Shown piece by piece: positions 25,601 through 40,122 of a stretch of 64,000 nucleotides of DNA. The DNA is from Octopus vulgaris (lineage: Eukaryota): assembly GCA_951406725.2 (NCBI GenBank), contig OX597830.1, positions 57,598,001 to 57,662,000 on the forward strand. The letters run 5' to 3'. The notes under the pieces are model-generated. The model did not search any database and was not told the DNA's origin. It saw only the letters and a program-made list of their open reading frames with translations. Both the position numbers and the translations under genes were made by a program. How positions within the stretch are numbered: the stretch's first letter is position 1; every line of letters begins with the position of its first letter.

Positions 25601-27267
25601 CAGTGATTTACATGGGAAATTTGCAATCAAATTGGAACCTCTACAACTGAACGTACACCTCATAGCAATCTTCATGAAAAAACATAAGCCTCATTAATCT
25701 CCTATAATTAAGCGTGTAACACCACACAGACAATATTCACAGCTAAGCACCTGCCTCATCACAACCTTGACAACAAAACCGATACCACACTGCAATTTGC
25801 ACAAATATGTCCTTTTGCATTCATCACAACATATACTACATTGAGATGTTATTATTACTATATGTCAAAATTCAGATTTTCCTTTTGCATACATTGCTGT
25901 TTTTGTGTAACTCAGGGTCAAAAGTGATCAAGCAAATCTATGGCTCAGCTAGTCAACCAAAGGATCCGGTGCAACCTCCAAATCTGTTATTTTACCATAC
26001 GAGATGTTTCTGCGAGATGAATTTACACTGAACACCATTTGGCAAACAACATTGAAGCTGTGACCATCTTTTGTGGTTTAATATATCCAAGACTATTTTA
26101 GTATATTCATCCATTTTCAAGTAAAATCTGAAGGATATTTGGTTGTTAATTATGACATATTGAGCAACTGCTATGGAGCTCTTTTATTGGATCATTTGTT
26201 TACAATTCGATGCATGTAGAGATTGTTCCTAGCGACTACTTTTTATTACACAACTACCACATTACAATTTTCATAACTGAACATTAGAAACCAAACACTG
26301 TTGCAAGCCAGATTTGGTTCCACTATTCTAAATCATCTAAGACTCATGACTAATTCTCCAGCTGTTTTAACTTATTCACTGACATCTCAGAGTACTTGAA
26401 AGATAAAGAACTACAACAATGAGTAATATTTAGACATACAATGGACACTCCTTCAGCTGCACAATAAATTTTATATTCCATCAGCAAGACCTGTCTTTTT
26501 TTTTATTACTATTATTCAACCATAAGTGATGAGCAGAGTCCCCATAGGGGGATAAAATTAAGAACATGGGGTGACAATCAATCCCCCACCAAAAAAAACT
26601 TGACAGTTACTTTGACGGAAAAAAAAGACTCTCTCAAAAATTGTCCTCACAATGTTAAATTATGCAATAAATACATGTATTTAATTAAATGTATGCTACC
26701 CACTGACTTGGAGTAACAGCATCATTGTCAACAATGACAAGGGAAAAGGAGATGCTCTGGAGAAACTGAAACAATAAAGATATGAAACTGTTGGGCCTGA
26801 TTTATGAAAATTAAGGAGAGAATTATAGCATAATTAATAAGAGAATTAATTAATAGCTGTGATGTAGTTTGGTTTTGTATCTTACCCATGTCAAGGAATA
26901 TATATAAGGGACCTCATCAGATCTGCATGTACCCCTTATGCTCCATTTATACACTCTCCTTGCTCTTCAGTACCAACATCATTTACTCTCTCTCTCTCTC
27001 TCTCTTTACACTTATTCACCTCTGGTTACCCTAGTATCTATCACTCTTGACCTATCGTCTAGTGCTGCTGCCATGATAAAATGTACCCAGTACACTCCTT
27101 TCAAGTATTTGGTAATAGAAAGAACATCTAACCACAGAAAGCCAAGCCAAAACTGCAACTTATAAGTGAGGTGTCAAGAGAACAGCAATGTCAAACCTAA
27201 CCCATGTCAGAATGGAAAGTTAATTCAAAATGATGGTGATAATCTGCTAAATTAAAGCAGATAATCT

Positions 27268-27653
27268 CTTTTATCTTCTGCTTGTCTTTCACAGTTATTT
27301 GACTGTGGCCATACTGGGGCACTGCCTTGAAGGATTTTAGTTGAACAAATTGACCCCAGGACTTTATTTTTTTTTTAAACCTGGCACCTATTGTATCAGT
27401 CTCTTTTACTAAACCACTAAGTTATGGGGACGTAAACACAGCAACACCAGCTGTTATGCGATGGTGGGAGACAAACACAAAGACATGCACATACATACAC
27501 ATATAAGACAGGCTTCTTTTAGTTTCTGTCAACCAAATCCACTCACAAGGCTTTGAACGGCCCAAAGCTATAGCAGAAGACACTTGCCCAAGGTGCCATG
27601 CAGTGGAATTGAAGCCAGAACCACATGATATAGAAGCTGGCTTCTTTACCACA
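27268..27653 (-). mobile_element. tRNA-derived SINE family 1, near full length
   Basis: Head, body and tail colinear with the copy at 44325-44678. Confidence 0.88.
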
Positions 27654-29905
27654 CATTCAGAAGATACTATCTCTTTGCTTTATTTGATGAGTGCATTCTA
27701 AATGTTTACATCACCATCATCTTTATATCCATCTTTCCATACCAGTAATGAACTGAATGAGACTACTGATGCAGTTTTCTATGACTACATGCCCTTCCTG
27801 TTGCCAACCCTTACCTCATTTTTATTCTATGGTTTTCATACATCAAAACAACAAAGTGGAAATAAATATTCACACTCACATCTAAACGTGACAGTTTGCA
27901 TCAAGCAACTTCATTCACAGGACTGTGGACAGTCTGAAGTTGTAATAGAAAACACTTGCCCCATAAGGCCACAAAATGTATTGTAATGTGAACGTTTTAA
28001 CCACACAGACAATAATACATATAGTCATATATAATCACTAGAATCCAATGAGATAATTGGCTGGCATTAGCAAGAAATAAAAGACCAACATGTTGACCTA
28101 GTTTTGAGAAAATTTGGAAATAGAAACGAAGAATTATAATTCAACAAACCTATCAATAACCGACTATTCTTGCTTGATGGCATGGATCAAACAAAATTCA
28201 GAGCAACAGACTTTTTTAATAGTTAGATGCCCTTCCTATCAATCTTCAAACAAGATATTTTTCAATGACCTGGACAAGTTTTCAAAGATTGGAAACAAAT
28301 GATATCACACATTTACAACTACCAAGGAAGGTCAAGCAAGACAAGGAATTGCAGATGTACACCTATAAGTGTGTGCATTTACATAAACACACACACACAC
28401 AATTCTTTCAGCCCCCATGTACCAAAACTATTCCCAAGGCTTCTGGTTGGCCCAAGGTATTGCACAATGGAACTAAACATGAAAGTGTGCGGTTGAGGGG
28501 TAAACTTCAGCTACAAACCCATGCCTACGTACACTGAGAGTTGTCATTGGTTTGCAGGAGTCTTTTTTTTTTTTTTTTAACTATATTCAAAAACAATTCA
28601 TCAACTCCATTTCAGTTTTCCATTCTCCCTTTATTTTACTTTCAGGTTACCTCACTTGCTAGTAAGCTAGGCCACACTCTAAACTAAGACCTATCTTACA
28701 ACTATATTTCATTAGATATTTTCATTCTTGAAAATAAGTTTCAAATTTCTCTGGAAATGAAGGTTAATATGCAAAATCAATTTCAAAATGGCAATGGTTT
28801 GACTGAAACTGTGAAACAGTTTAAGGATAAAGAAAACAACTACTGTCAGAATAAGTAAAAGAAATGAAGTCAAAGTCAATCTAATCGCTGGACATTCAAT
28901 GACTTTGAAACACATCATACATATATACTAACATTATGGAAATGATGGGGGGGGGCTATTTTAGTTAAAGATAAAATCCAATATCTATGAAGCTAACTAG
29001 TTACACACACACACACACACACACACATCAATTTCAATATAAAATAGTGAAAATTGCTTTACATTCATAAAAAGCTTATCTCCCTTGATTTACAAAATGG
29101 ATACCGATATTAAAGTGTGTTTCTTTTTCTTTCTTTTTTTTGTTTTGTTTTGCAACCACAGTTGTAATTACATGTCACGTAATCTTTAGACATAATCTTA
29201 AGTTGTTCATTCTGAGAATATCAGGTATAAAATTTAAATGGCATTGCAAGTTGACTTCAATCACTATAAATGATTTATAGAATATAAGTTATATTGTTGA
29301 GAAAATTGTCCAAAGCTAAACAATGTTTGATCTATTATATTGATGACTGACCATCAAAATGCCAAACCATAGAACACTGCTAACTACAGCAGCCAACTGA
29401 TAGCAATTTTCTTTTCATTAAGCTTTGCAAGAAAATCAGTCAGGAGCAAGATTAATTAAGGATAGTAATTATTATTTGCTACCATTTAATCAAATAAAAA
29501 TCTTATATGGCTTCATAAAGCATACACACACTGTTCAAAGGAGAAGCAACAATTAATTTACTTTGGATTCAATTTCTAATTATCTTGCCAAAAATTTAAC
29601 CGAGAATTCACTCTTTTTAATAAATCTTTCATACTTAAAAGGAATGTTATTTCCTTTTAGAAAACCATTAAGAGGGTCTGCAAAGAAAACTCAGACCATC
29701 AAAATATACAGGTCAGCAGAAGAACTAAATGTATTAACTATGTAATGTCTTACTTGAATATATTTTGCATAACACCATACTTGCAAATATTTAGCAATGA
29801 AACACATAGTGCCAGATATTTTTATAATTATCTAAAAATGATTTATTGTAAAAAAAAAAAAATTATTTTCAAAAATTGCCAGTCAATATTTTATAGTATA
29901 ACAAC

Positions 29906-30128
29906 TTAACCCTTCAGAATTTAAACAGGTCTTATCTGGCCAAACTATCCTGCTTTGGTTTGCCTTCAGAGCAGCCTCTCACACCTACCATACAATTTCA
30001 TTGTATGATAAAGAATTACATTATTGAAATCTCAATGTTATGAGATAATGCATGATCAATTCAAAACATAAATAAATAAATCAATAAGCATTACTTTTGA
30101 CAAAATAATTTAAATGTTAAAGGGTTAA
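29906..30128. mobile_element. piggyBac-type MITE, family B
   Basis: TTAA|CCCTTCAG ... TTAAAGGG|TTAA. Confidence 0.75.
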
Positions 30129-30170
30129 ATGTATTTTACCATAAGACTATGGAGTCTTTTATCGTGCATA

Positions 30171-30215
30171 CTATATGTGTGCGTGTGTGTGTGTGTATAT
30201 ATATATATATATGTA

Positions 30216-30260
<45 letters not shown>

Positions 30261-30267
30261 GTATGTA

Positions 30268-30300
<33 letters not shown>

Positions 30301-30611
30301 GTATGTATGTGTGTGTGTGTATACATATATATATAATGTATGTGTGTGTGTATATATATATATGTGTGTGTGTGTGTGTATATATATATATGTGTGTATA
30401 TATATATATATATGTATGTGTGTATATATATATATATGTATGTGTGTGTGTATATATATGTGTGTGTGTATGTATATATGTGTGTGTGTATATATATATA
30501 TGTGTGTGTGTATATATATATATATATGTATGTGTGTGTGCATATATATATGTGTGTGCATATATATATGTATGTGTGTGTATATATATATGTGTGTGCA
30601 TATATATATAT

Positions 30612-30655
<44 letters not shown>

Positions 30656-30658
30656 ATG

Positions 30659-30724
<66 letters not shown>

Positions 30725-30732
30725 TGTGTGTG

Positions 30733-30777
<45 letters not shown>

Positions 30778-30826
30778 GTATATATATATGTGTGTGTGTG
30801 TGTGTATATATATGTATGTGTGTGTG

Positions 30827-30880
<54 letters not shown>

Positions 30881-30884
30881 ATAT

Positions 30885-30885
<1 letters not shown>
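30171..30885. repeat. Compound (TA)n/(TG)n microsatellite, ~715 bp
   Basis: Alternating TA and TG blocks; source of the spurious YI/CV ORFs. Confidence 0.97.
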
Positions 30886-31792
<907 letters not shown>

Positions 31793-33347
31793 GAATTTCA
31801 TAATGCACTACTTAATGTGAGCCTACAAGCCAGTGTGAATGGGTTGTACCTTAACATCCAAAAATAACTAAATCCTGTAAATTACACTACATTGTGTCCA
31901 TAGCAATTAAGTGAATGGCCCATAACACCTAACTATAAATTGGTACAGTGGGTTATACCAGTATTTTGTGATAACTTCAAGTGCTACCAAGAGAGGAATG
32001 GGTTCAACCTGATAGACATACAACTGAAAAAGTGTCCTCTGAAAAGCTACTTCCATAGCTAAACCATATACATATGGTTACTTTATTGTCTCTGACAAAA
32101 TTGTGCTAATAAACAGCTTTAAGAAGTTTGTTTTACACCCGTATTTCAGGTTCCATCCCACCTCATGGTGCCTTTGTCAAAAACCTCAAACTGGTCGATC
32201 TGTTGTGGAGCTGCTTTGTGTTTCCTCTCATTTTTGTGTCACTAACACTACTGCAGCCTGGCAGTTCAATATGCAAATGACCAGTTAAGTACTTAGAAGT
32301 AAGTATTGTGACCAGCGAAGGGATCCAGTCATAGACTTCTGCTTCTCCAACCTATGATGGTTTGGACAAAAGCAGACAGAAAAAAAAAAAACAATGCAAT
32401 GCAATGCACACCGACACTGTTTAACAATCCATGTTTAATAGAGAGATGTTGATAATGAAATAAAAGCAGTGGTAAGAAGTTTGCTTCCCAACCATGCAGT
32501 TTTGGGTTCAGTCCCACTGCATGGCACCTTGAACAAATGTCTTCTACAACAGCTCAGACCAACCAAAGCCTTGTAAATGAATCTGGTAGACTGAAACCAA
32601 AAGTGGCATCATGTAATCAGTGTCCATTACATTAAAATATATTACATTCCTTGGAAACCAATGACAGTTGGCAACAAGAAGGCCATCTGACCACAGAAAA
32701 TCTGCCTCAAGAAATTCCATTCAATCCATGTAAGCACAGAAAAGTGGATGATAAAATAACTAAATTCTTCTTCAATTTATTCACTGAATTTACAAATGCA
32801 ACATAAAGAAAAAAATAAAGTTGTTTTTTCTTCACACACAACCGGAAAAGGGACGTGAATATTTCATTTTCAAATATATTAATTGACTGTGTAAAGAAGC
32901 GGGTGGGGAGAAACCTGAAGAGAGGTAATGAAAATGATGGCAGATTTACTAAAAATCTTCAGTGAATAAAATTTAATCCTTCTGTTCAGAAGATAAATAT
33001 ATTTCCATTTAAATATTTGATGTGAAAACAATAGCAAAATTAAAAAGTCCTGAAAATATTTCTTCTTGTGAATATTGACAATTCACTCAAACTTATTTAT
33101 CACTTAATGTATAAAGGAAGTTTTTTCAGTCAAAAAATTTCAGTGAAATGTTACATTATTGTGGACAATTGTGAAAAGAAATTTTTTAACTTTCATTGTC
33201 AGGCACAAATATTACTAACATACACACTCACATATTCACAAATGTGTCTTTATGTTGCTACTCAAGCTGCTAGAAATAGTCACCAAATCTCCTTCAAATC
33301 AGCCAATGATGAAAACATTTATGAAGTTGTCATCTAGAACAAATATA

Positions 33348-33708
33348 AACAAGAGCACTCAGAGAGTGCAAACCTCCACTAAGGCAACACCGATGTCCTC
33401 CTAACAATTAGCCAGAGATGATTTTTAAAATGAGAAAATCTGAAATAAACTCGACTGCTCTCACAAACAAGAATACTAAAAACGAACCTACCACTCTCAA
33501 GATGAAGTAAAAAAAGAAAAACGGAAATATAATCCAGAATCCTTGTCCAGTATCAGATTGATCCCAAAATCTAATCAGTTTGTGCCAGTGACAAGGCCAA
33601 ACATCTCTGAAAGTTACATCCGAATCCATCCAGTGGTTCTTGAGATATTTTGTCCACAAACAAACAAACAAACAACTGAAAACAATCCCTCCGCCAAGGC
33701 AGAGGTAA
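33348..33708 (-). mobile_element. HINE/DINE-1-like non-autonomous Helentron element, ~360 bp
   Basis: Minus strand: 5' TTACCTCTGCCTTGGCGGAGG palindrome, (TTTG)n microsatellite, 3' sub-TIR CTTAGTGGAGGT, GCACTC-TCT-GAGTGC stem-loop, then TCTTGTT. Confidence 0.75.
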
Positions 33709-35039
33709 GAATATATCAGGTAAATTATTAGTTCGCAGAATATAGAAATAAAACATTTTAAAAAAACATTAAATAATAATAAAAGCACTGTGTTCTTGAG
33801 CAAAAGACTTCATTTCACATTACTCTAGTGCTGTGGGAGGGGGGGGGGGTGACAGGTCAAAGAATAGACCCAAAGTTTCTTCTGTGTTGCAAAAGGCAAC
33901 TAAAAGAGGTTGAGGTAGGATTTGTACACCAGCTTTAGAAAAACCCTCCCCAGCAATGACTACCCAAGCAGACAACTGGATTGGTGGGTTGTTGCCAGAG
34001 TGGCGTAATGGCGTCATCTGGCAGGAGTAGGGAATCACCAGCAAATGGTGGATGCACCTATACGACTACTATTTATAAAGCAGCTAACATCTACTACTCT
34101 GAGATTGAAAATAAAGGTTTAACAATTTTCTAATTTTTTTAGAGACCCTCTGTATTTTAATTGAATATATTTATATTAAAAGGTAGCAATTTAAATTTTA
34201 TCATCTAACTATCAGCAGAGTGATGGGTACTGAACATATGTGAACCTGTATTTGCAGGTCGCAGTGAGGAAACAATGTTGAAGTAGGAATGTATCAAATG
34301 ACAAACAGTGAATAAGTAACAATAAAACGAAAGAGGAAGAAAGGCTGACATATTTATCAGAGAGTGGGTCAGAGGTGTGCTTAAAGAAACACGAGAAATT
34401 AGAACAATCTTAACATACTGATAATGATTTTTTTTTTTAAATAAAAAATAAAAATTCTTATAGAATTTGCAGTTTACTATTAATATTGTGATAAAAAGAT
34501 TTCTGGAATAATGATAATTGCATAAATCTCTCGTCTGTAGACGAGTGATACTTTTGTAAATAGAAACATATTTCAATTTTCTTGTCATTAAACTGATCAA
34601 TAGATCAGTGAAAAACGCTTAAAATGCTGTCATTTTTTGATAGCACAAATGCCTATGTGCTGATATACCACTGTGACATATTTCAGCAAGTGGCATGCAC
34701 CATCATGTTTAAATTATTGGTTTCAGTCTTGTGTAGTCTTAAGAAATTTAACCATAATGTTACCTGTCATTTTACACTAAAATGCATTTTATATAATTAA
34801 TAAAGCTATCATCAGTTCTGATGACATGGGTCCACTAAGGACTGTGTATGTAGCAGAAACACTCAACACTAAGATCGACTATAACATTCTTTCAAATGCT
34901 TGAAGAGTTCCCTAGAAGTAATCGACGATTTTGGCCTAAATGACAAATTATCAGGAGTCCTCTGTAAGCATAGAAGCCAGAGAAAGAATAGGTAGGAAAA
35001 TTTTAGGAAGCTATTACTTTTGCTGGTAACAAAGGGATT

Positions 35040-35340
35040 CATCATTATCATTTAATGTCTGTGTTCCATGTTAGCATGGGTGGGATGGTACCACAAGAGC
35101 CAGCCAGGCCGAAGCCTACATCAGACTTCTGGCTGTTTTAGCAGGACTTTTACAGCTGGATGCCCTTCCTAGAACCAACCACTCAGCAGAGTAGACCTAA
35201 TGCTTTTTATGTGGCACAAGCACAGACAAGGTTAGTTTTGGCAAGGTTTTTACTTCTGGATGCCCTTCCAAACACCAACCACTTTACAATATGGACTGGG
35301 TGCTTTTGAGTGGCACCTGCACTGACAGGGTCCTCAAGTA
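35040..35340 (-). mobile_element. RTE-tailed short element
   Basis: (CAT)n tail and two copies of the ctggatgcccttcc...accaaccact module. Confidence 0.7.
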
Positions 35341-36129
35341 TGTGCAAAACAAAAACTTTTAAGAGGGAAGGAGGCATCGAAGAAGGTGATGATGAAAAGG
35401 TTATAGTGAGACAGATAGGTGTCTTGCTGAAGAGGAAGTACAAAGTTACCTGGCCAGAGAGAGAAAGATCAGGAATGAAGACAGAAACAGGTGAGCTATT
35501 GCAAAGAAAATAGATGGTTGCCCAACCTGAGGGAAGTGTAGAAGAGAGAGACTACAGGATGGAAATGGTGGCAAAATGCCAGGCATGCTCAAAAGGAATG
35601 GGGATCAGAGTATAAATGAGATGGTTGAGTAAAGGAAGAGAGAGATATAGATAGTGGAAAGTGCCAGGGCATACCCTTGAGGTTCAAATGCCATAATATA
35701 AATGACAGGATATTGCAAAGGGAGTGCAATTAAAGAGTACGAGTAGGTGGCAAAAGACCTGGGTATATAGAGTTGAAGGGGCTACTGGATAGCAATGATA
35801 CAGAGGAACAGGGGTGTGAGGATAGGATTGGGAAGTGAGAGCTAGCCACAGTGAATGAAGGAGGAAATGCGAGAAAGAGATGTAAATTGGTTTGTTTGGG
35901 TCGGGTGAGGAAAAAGTTTTGTTACTTGTGGGTGGAACACCCAGCTCGGGAGCTAGCAGATGGCAATAACAGAATAAGACAAAGCACGTGGGTAGAACAC
36001 AGAGGTCAGGGACAAGCAGAGAGCAATGATAGTGGCACCGGATCAAGAGAACAAGATTGAGGAGGGGGAGGTAATCATAGTACATGAAGCAGAAATGTGG
36101 GGAAAAGAAGGTATGCAGAGACGAATTTA

Positions 36130-37005
36130 GTTCATTGTGATAGAGCATGAGAGAAGTTTTCTTGTTATGTAACACACAGCCCTTCTTGAACTCAGATTCA
36201 CTGATGTGGGTGGGTCTTCTCAAGAACTTCATATCACCAGACATCTCAGTCCATGGTCATTTCCTCCGTGAGGTCCAACTTCCCAAGATCAGTCCTTACC
36301 ACTTCATCCCATGTCTTCCCGGATCTCCCTCTTCCATGGGTACCATCCACTTTCAGTGACAGACACTTCTTTATTCATACACATCACATGTCCAAACCAA
36401 CGTAGTCTTCTCTCTTGCATGCTACATTTGATTCCTCTTATGCCCAACTTTTCTCTCAATACATTTACACTTTGTTATACATATGCACTGATGTTGCACA
36501 TCCAACGGAGCATGCTACCTTCTTTTCTCTCTAGTCTAAGCATGTCTTCAGCATTCAGAGCCCATGTCTCACTACCACAGAGCATAGCTGTTCGTACACA
36601 AGCATCATATAGTTTACCTTTCACTCAGAGAGTGCTTTTGTTGCCAACAGAGGTAATAGCTTTCTGAACTTCTTCCACCCTATTCTTATTCTAGAAACAA
36701 TACTTTCAGAGCATCCTCCACCATTGCTAATTTGGTCACCTTGATAAGAGAAACTACCTACAACCTCAAGAGAGCCTCCTAGGATTTTGAGAGAATCTAA
36801 TTCCTGTGTGCTCTTAGTCTTTATTGTTCCTGCACATCTGCCACATACAAAGGCTATTCTATCTGTTAATTTACCTCTGATTCCACTGCACCTCTTATGT
36901 GTCGATAGTTTACACTGGGTGCAGCAAATGGAATTTCTTCGAACTCCTTTCCTACATATGGAGCAGGGCCATTTTATTTTCTTTCTGACTAACAGCCACT
37001 TTGGT
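36130..37005 (-). mobile_element. RTE LINE fragment
   Basis: Reverse complement of the RT C-terminal region seen at ~40360-41110. Confidence 0.85.
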
Positions 37006-37340
37006 CTTAGCTCTCAAATGAAAAGCAGATTGTATGATGATTGTGTATGAAGGGCAATGTTGCTTGCCAACAAAACATGGGCATTGAAAGTAGAAAATAT
37101 GCAAATAATGGAAGGAGTAAAAAGAGGTAGTAATGTTCCATTGGGTGTGTAATGTTGGTGTGACACAAATAAGCTAAGAAAAGAACCCAGTGTATGAGAA
37201 GTCAAATGTAATGTGCAAAAACTTATGGGCAAGTGATGCCTATGGAGGATGAGAGAAAGAAGCCCATTCAATCTAAGTGGGAAGAACCAGTCAGAAAAGA
37301 AAAGCAGGGAAGTTGAGGAAAGAAGTGGTGAAAGCTAATA
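37005..37340 (+). mobile_element. Older RTE fragment, inverted relative to its neighbour
   Basis: LSSQMKSRLYDDCV equivalent to LRVKGRLYDSCV. Confidence 0.6.
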
Positions 37341-38456
37341 CCATGAGGCTGAACTTCAAAGATTTGCAATAAGTGCTAAGACGCTCTGCTGAACAAGGCA
37401 CATCCAACTCAAAGAAGCACACAAAAATAAATTAAGTGTAAAATGATGAAGATATTGACTTCTATATAAATATACAAATACTTCACAACTTTAGTTCAAA
37501 AAGACTAACACACACACTTTTTATATTTGCTTTCCTTACTGGCATAGATTTGATGGGTTGCCACTGTCTGAGTCAGTTCTTATTTGAGGTGAAAGCTCTC
37601 TTAGATAGAAAACCCCATCTCATTCACATGTTTTAATTTTACCTGGATTTTTATGGCTAAATGCCCTTCCTATCACAAACTGCACAGAGTACTAAGTATT
37701 TTAACATGGCACCTGCACTTATTCTTCTCAAAAACCTTTACTGACCCTGCAAATTCACCAACCACTCAACAGAATGCATTGGTGGTGCATTTTGTAATTG
37801 TGCTGACACTAGTGCCTAACATTCCACTGCATGGGGTGTTCGTTCAGTTATGGTGAAGGTGAACAGAAGGGAGTGAGGACAGGATGTGGGGAGGTGAAAT
37901 GTGTAAGTTAACGAGGAAACAATGTGAGAAGGAAGAGTGATTAATAGCAAGAGAAATGGATGATGGTAAGAGTGAGAGAGAAATGCAAAGGCAAATGAGT
38001 CAAGGTAGAGGGAGTAGTGAAGGACATTGCAGAAAGAGCATTGATATGGTTTATTGCCTTCCTTGGTTGGCCAAGTGGGGAGAGAGAGAGACAGACAGAC
38101 AGACAGAGTGGTGGGGTTAGTAAGTAAAGGAGGAGGCAACTGCAGATGTAGTCATGGCAAGGACATTTTGAGTGCAAGGCCCAAATGTGTGGGCACAGCC
38201 CATACACAAACCACTACAGATTAAGAGCCAGGTCATCAACATAGAGGTACTCTCATAGAGAGCCACTCTTAAACTCCCTTTTTATGCCCTTTCTGTAATA
38301 GAGAATGACTGAGAACAGAGTCCTTGCATGCCCCCAATTGCACACTAGATTCTTACGCTCATTGCTGAAATAACATGCACATAATGCATTCTTATAGTAT
38401 AACAACTCTTACAAAAACACATAGCTGTGAACAAGCAAGGTTTCATTCTTTTTTCC

Positions 38457-38632
38457 TTAACCCCTTGGCTTTTAGACAAATCAGATCCAGCCACTTGCAC
38501 ATACCTTACAATGTCATTCTAAAAATAACAATCACAATATTGAAATCTGTGAGATAATGCACGATTAATTCAAAGCAATGTGAATAGACAAGCACTGCAT
38601 TTGAGAGATTAATCTGAATGCAAAAGAGTTAA
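38457..38632. mobile_element. piggyBac-type MITE, family B
   Basis: TTAA|CCCCTTGGC ... GCAAAAGAG|TTAA. Confidence 0.7.
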
Positions 38633-38715
38633 TGGAAAACCTAACATCAAAACAAATTGGTTACTCTAGCCTTAGCATAAATAACATTTTCATGCTGATT
38701 TTACTCAACATTTGT

Positions 38716-38758
<43 letters not shown>

Positions 38759-39577
38759 CATTTACATATATATGCGTGCAGCAAAGCAAGAATAAAAGGA
38801 ACGGTATTCCTCATTTGCCAAATATGGTAAATGCAAATGGAAGGAAACCAAGTATAAGAAAATCAATCAAGAATTAATGATACAAGGGTTTAGTCGGCAG
38901 TTAAACAATTTATTGTAGTGTGGAAGGTTCTTGCTGCCAAAATACTTTGCATTGCAGTAGCTAAGAAACTGAAGCTACACTAGATTGAAACAAGAGAAAT
39001 CTGCAAACCAAAACGAAACTTACTCTTTAGGAGCAAACCATTCTTTGAAATGAAAATAACAGAAATGTTACAAGTGTATGTGCCTTTGATAATTTTAATA
39101 GATTAATGTCAATGAGTTCAAAACAATCGTTATCAAAACAGGTTGTAGTTATGAAAACAACTACATAAAACATTCTCCAGATTTACATTAAACATCAATA
39201 AATTGATTTTACCATATTCATCACTACCTTTATAACTCCCCAAGCTCTGTTTTTTCTATGTTGGCAAGGGCTGAATGAATCTGTAAGCCCTAACATAGAG
39301 AGCTGCACTAATTTTGATTAAGTCTTCCTTGGCGTAGATTCACCAAAGAAAACTAAAGCAACTTTTACCATCTGTAGATAACAGATCTAATTATCAACAA
39401 AAAAAAATATCACAAATGACAATATTGTAAATCACTTTCTAATTTTGAGTTACTATCAAGATTATTATTCTAAGATTTGAGAGTATTTTCTCACAATTAA
39501 GAATTAGAGCATCTCATATCTAAATATTGCACAAAATATCACAGCTAAACACTCAAATATATACAAGAGCCCATGAA

Positions 39578-39791
39578 CCCTTTCATTACCAACCCGGCTG
39601 AAACCGCCTGTGGCTCTGAGTACAAATGTCTTGTTTTCATAAGGTTTCAATTAAAATCTTCCACCAAACCTTAGTCACAATTTATGGTCCTAACACTAGC
39701 TGAATGACAACTAAGTTATTTTACTAAATTCTTTGTTATATTTAAAGTAATTGAAACAGAGCATCTCAATAGAAATACAGTAACGAAAGGG
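39578..39791. mobile_element. piggyBac-derived MITE, family A, 214 bp
   Basis: TIRs CCCTTTCATTAC / GTAACGAAAGGG, near-identical to the ends of the element at 51975-53054. Confidence 0.85.
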
Positions 39792-40122
39792 TTCATGAAA
39801 CTAATACATTTATCTTTTATCTTTTACTTGTTTCAGTCATTGGATTGTGGCCATACCAGGAAACTGCCTTGAAGGGTTTTGTTAAATCACTCCCAGCACT
39901 TTTTCTATCAACCTCTTTTGCCAAAGCTGCAAAGTTACAAGCACACACTGACTGTCAAGTAGCCCAGGATACATACACCACGCCACACGGTTCTGGGTTC
40001 AGTCCCACTGTGTGGCACCTTGGGCAAGTACCTTCTACTATAGCCTCGAGCCAATCAAAGCTGTGTGAGTGGATTTAGTAGATGGAAACTGTAAGAAGCC
40101 TGTTTTATATATATATATATAT

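Noticed and set aside
26860-26930. Donor-like GG|gtaag and a CTGATGA box on the minus strand
   Set aside because: There is an in-frame stop just before the donor, and the hammerhead reading lacks a proper GAAA box and stems
36130-37340. Twin-priming inversion of a single RTE insertion
   Set aside because: The two opposite-orientation pieces overlap in element coordinates and differ in divergence, so they are probably independent insertions
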